Position numbers and translations under genes: made by a program | The notes under the pieces: model-generated | Seen by the model: the letters and a program-made list of their open reading frames with translations, nothing else | Told to the model about the DNA's origin: nothing | The model's database searches: none | Part shown: piece by piece, positions 61,357 to 64,000 of the stretch | How positions within the stretch are numbered: the stretch's first letter is position 1 | Layout: every line of letters starts with the position of its first letter | NCBI GenBank assembly: GCA_964612825.1 | Contig: CAZTCW010000033.1 | Location: forward strand, 69,638 to 133,637 | Direction of reading: 5' to 3' | DNA: 64,000 bases | Origin: an uncultured Dehalococcoidia bacterium | GTDB taxonomy: Bacteria > Chloroflexota > Dehalococcoidia > Lucifugimonadales > UBA1127

Positions 61357-62661
61357 CTAATGATCTTGGCTTACCGTATCTCCCATCTGCGGAGTAGGGG
61401 TTCTCGCAACGAAGACAGCGACTGAACCAACCAGGGAAACAGGGGCTAACAATGCGAATATCAATCGATAGCTTTCATAGGAATCAAACATAAACCCTGT
61501 TAAAACAGGCCCAATGACACCCCCGAGAACACTTATAGGATTCATGATCCCTCGAATACTTGCAAACCGTTTAGGACCAAAAAAATCGGCGATGACCGCC
61601 GGTTGAGCCACGGTGTGAGCGGCTTGGCCAGCCCCATAAAAAAGATAAAATGCCCCGATTGCCCATAACGTTTCTGGGGAAATAAATGACATCGCAACCC
61701 ACCCTAAACTTATAAGTGAGAAACTGATCCACAACAATCTTTGGCGTCCGATCTTGTCCCCCACCCAACCGCTCATAAGCCTGCCAAATACTTGTGTGCC
61801 TCCGTAAATTGCTATAATTGTCCCTGCGGCAGGAGCTGAAAACCCTGTATGTCGTAAATGGGGTATCCAATGGACATGTTGAATCGCCGTAGTGAAGCTA
61901 TAGGATGTATTAGAAATGAGGACTAACCAGAATGCTGGACTGCGAACTGCTTCGCGAACGGTGAAACCTTCAGGCTCATTACGTCTATCTAGACTCCCGA
62001 TATCATTCCCTTCATCAATTTCAGGGTTTATCCCATCAGGGAAATAGCCATAAGGTTCGGGTCGAGTACGAATGACCATAGCTAACGGAACGCTAATGGC
62101 CGAAAAAGCGAGAGCAGTTATAATAGCAGCAATTCTCCATCCAAAACTGGCAAGCAAAAGAGTTACCGGGATCGCTCCTACATAGCCCCATCCCCGACCC
62201 ATCGCCAAGACCGCAGAAGCCATTCCGCGTTTTTTTCTAAACCAATGCATAGCTGTCGCAAGATAAGCAGTTAAAGCACCCAATCCTTGGCCGAATGCTA
62301 TAACGGTGGCGGCCAGGTAAAACATCCAAATAGAATGCATGCTAGCAAAAAGAAGTAGTCCAACGGTCATAGTTATCGAACCAATAATAGCCATCGGCCT
62401 AGGACCAACACGATCTATTAAAACCCCCCCAATAGGTGCCATAATTCCTGATTCCAACTGCTTCAAAGAAAATCCAAAAGAAATTGCTGCCAAGCTCCAT
62501 CCAAGTTCAGCCCGAATATCCGTAATGAAAACAGCGATCCCAACCATAAAAATTCCGAGGTTGAGGAAGCTTGTGATAGCGCCAGCGCCAACAATGAACC
62601 AACCATAAAAAATCCTGGGTTGATTCAAATTCAAGTTAAGATTTTTCACAATAATTTCCAA
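61357..62661 (-). CDS. MFS transporter (paralogue of 16221..17531)
   Basis: FYGWFIVG ... LIDRVGPRP ... twelve-TM-like profile, alignable by eye with the other MFS protein. Confidence 0.85.
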   Translation of the reverse strand: MEIIVKNLNLNLNQPRIFYGWFIVGAGAITSFLNLGIFMVGIAVFITDIRAELGWSLAAISFGFSLKQLESGIMAPIGGVLIDRVGPRPMAIIGSITMTVGLLLFASMHSIWMFYLAATVIAFGQGLGALTAYLATAMHWFRKKRGMASAVLAMGRGWGYVGAIPVTLLLASFGWRIAAIITALAFSAISVPLAMVIRTRPEPYGYFPDGINPEIDEGNDIGSLDRRNEPEGFTVREAVRSPAFWLVLISNTSYSFTTAIQHVHWIPHLRHTGFSAPAAGTIIAIYGGTQVFGRLMSGWVGDKIGRQRLLWISFSLISLGWVAMSFISPETLWAIGAFYLFYGAGQAAHTVAQPAVIADFFGPKRFASIRGIMNPISVLGGVIGPVLTGFMFDSYESYRLIFALLAPVSLVGSVAVFVARTPTPQMGDTVSQDH

Positions 62662-62875
62662 ATTTGGGGATTGGACTAGTTCAATTCGGATAATTTACTT
62701 TTTTAGAATTTCAACAACTTAATTGAAGGCTCACCAATGTTTTAACCACTGGACTCAGGTCGTAATTTAACTAGCTGAATATTCATCTAAAGCCCCTCAA
62801 CAATCGCCGCGACTCCAATCATAACATCTTCTTTCTAGAGAAACCTAAGGTATAATAGCTGTAGGAAGTGGAATC

Positions 62876-64000
62876 ATGTATGACGTTTTCCTTGAAACTC
62901 TTCGAACATTAAAACGAGGTGAACCTTGCGTTCTTTCAACGGTGATAAGAACCAAAGGATCAACTCCTCAAAAACCCGGGGCTAAACTCCTTGTGAAGCA
63001 CGATGGCTCGGGAATAGGAACTTTGGGGGGTGGCTGTGTCGAAGGAGATATCTGGTTTGCCGCCAAAAATCTCCTCATGGAAGGAGGCCCATCGCAGGTA
63101 AAGGATTACTACCTTAATGAAGAACTGGCAGAAAAAGATGGCCTCATCTGCGGGGGAACAATGTACTTTCTGCTTGATACGGTTTTGGATCCAAGCGAGT
63201 TCCTCCCGATTACAGAAGAAATTGTTTCAGCTTACGAGAACGGTTCAGCCGTAGGACTAGCTTCAATAATCAAATCTCCCAAAGGAGTTGAAAGCCCTGT
63301 AGGGACAAAATTATTTATCAGGGCAGACGGCACGACCACTGGGACTCTCGGCAATTCACACTTGGAAGAATTCGCAAAAAATAAAGCATTGGACCTGATG
63401 CCATTTGGAAGATGCGAGTTTGTCACTTTTGAAGGGATTGAATTATTTATAGAAGGATACACTACTCCGCCTCAACTTGTTGTACTAGGAGGAGGACATA
63501 TTTCCAAAGCATTATCAAATTTAGCAGACACCTTATCATTCTCGGTTCACATCATAGACGACCGGCCTGAATTTTCTAATATTACTCGCTTCCCCAACGC
63601 TCAAACTACGATCGTAGACACATACGATAAAGGACTTGATAGAATCCCAGTTAGTCGAAACACCTATATCGTCATTGCCACACGAGGACACAAATTTGAT
63701 GACATGGCGACCGAGGCCGCTGCCAGAAGCCAGGCCGGTTATATCGGACTGCTAGGGAGTCGCCGTAAGAGCCTTATGATATTTGAGGAGTTGTTCCGAA
63801 AAGGGATCCCTGAAGATCGTATTCGAGCTATTCAAGCCCCAGTTGGCCTGGCCTTAGGCGGACGTACCCCTGAAGAAATTGCAATGAGTATCATGGCAGA
63901 AATCCTGATGGTTCATTTAGGGGGTAATCCAAAACCCATGAAAATGTCGGATTCACTTTTTGAAAAAGCAAAGGCAAAGTCAAAAGAACCGTTAAGGACG
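62876..64000 (+). CDS. XdhC/CoxI family molybdenum-cofactor insertion accessory protein (3' end beyond the window)
   Basis: The frame is open for 375 codons from the ATG at 62876 to the window end, with no stop, so it is absent from the supplied track. Motifs: LSTVIRTKGSTPQKPGAKLLV, GGGCVEGD, LVVLGGGHISKAL, ATRGHKFD and YIGLLGSRRK. Confidence 0.85.
   Translation, partial: MYDVFLETLRTLKRGEPCVLSTVIRTKGSTPQKPGAKLLVKHDGSGIGTLGGGCVEGDIWFAAKNLLMEGGPSQVKDYYLNEELAEKDGLICGGTMYFLLDTVLDPSEFLPITEEIVSAYENGSAVGLASIIKSPKGVESPVGTKLFIRADGTTTGTLGNSHLEEFAKNKALDLMPFGRCEFVTFEGIELFIEGYTTPPQLVVLGGGHISKALSNLADTLSFSVHIIDDRPEFSNITRFPNAQTTIVDTYDKGLDRIPVSRNTYIVIATRGHKFDDMATEAAARSQAGYIGLLGSRRKSLMIFEELFRKGIPEDRIRAIQAPVGLALGGRTPEEIAMSIMAEILMVHLGGNPKPMKMSDSLFEKAKAKSKEPLRT

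Overview
This is a densely packed bacterial chromosomal window, and almost every gene is recognisable housekeeping or central metabolism. I cannot determine the lineage from the sequence alone. The gene content would fit a free-living heterotroph, for example Chloroflexota-like, but that is a guess.

Genes in order along the window:
- Start to ~11.5 kb: M50 protease, tyrA-aroA-gmk, a nitroreductase, uvrB, a heterodimeric ABC exporter pair and ruvB.
- ~11.7-21.5 kb: a split methylmalonyl-CoA mutase with the epimerase gene between its two halves, a fumarase/aspartase-family lyase, an MFS transporter, thiG-thiE-thiS, yajQ and an erythrin-VIT1 (MbfA-like) iron protein.
- ~21.5-35 kb: tRNA-Glu, argC, cinA, a GldA/GldF/GldG-like ABC system with a DUF4340 protein, a NifS-type cysteine desulfurase, and speE with an ODC-like decarboxylase.
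- ~35-42 kb: groES-groEL with a clear CIRCE operator, a MaoC-N/MaoC/SDR trio, and a RidA-GNAT-Nudix-HEAT cluster.
- ~42-48.3 kb: an endonuclease III-like gene and a coaE / CbbQ-NorQ AAA+ / Nudix / 1082-aa CbbO-NorD-like vWA operon.
- ~48.5-56 kb: trxA, a tRNA-Sec (selC) gene, a DUF1800/DUF1501 pair, lhgO, glycerate kinase and SufT-like plus Mrp Fe-S assembly factors.
- ~56 kb to the end: modABC, a 7Fe ferredoxin, an Lrp regulator, coxM/coxS-like molybdenum hydroxylase subunits, a second MFS transporter, and an XdhC-family gene that runs off the right edge and is missing from the supplied ORF track.

I found no CRISPR array, transposase, integrase, prophage or known defence genes.

The best candidate for something undescribed is the client-less CbbQ/NorQ - Nudix - giant vWA module, which is coupled to coaE. 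The selC gene is solid and implies selenoproteins elsewhere in the genome. Most other findings are modest oddities. These include a ThiS with a GG-CR tail, a WCQPC thioredoxin, a modB with no canonical start codon, and a perfect 12-bp inverted repeat upstream of the nth-like gene.
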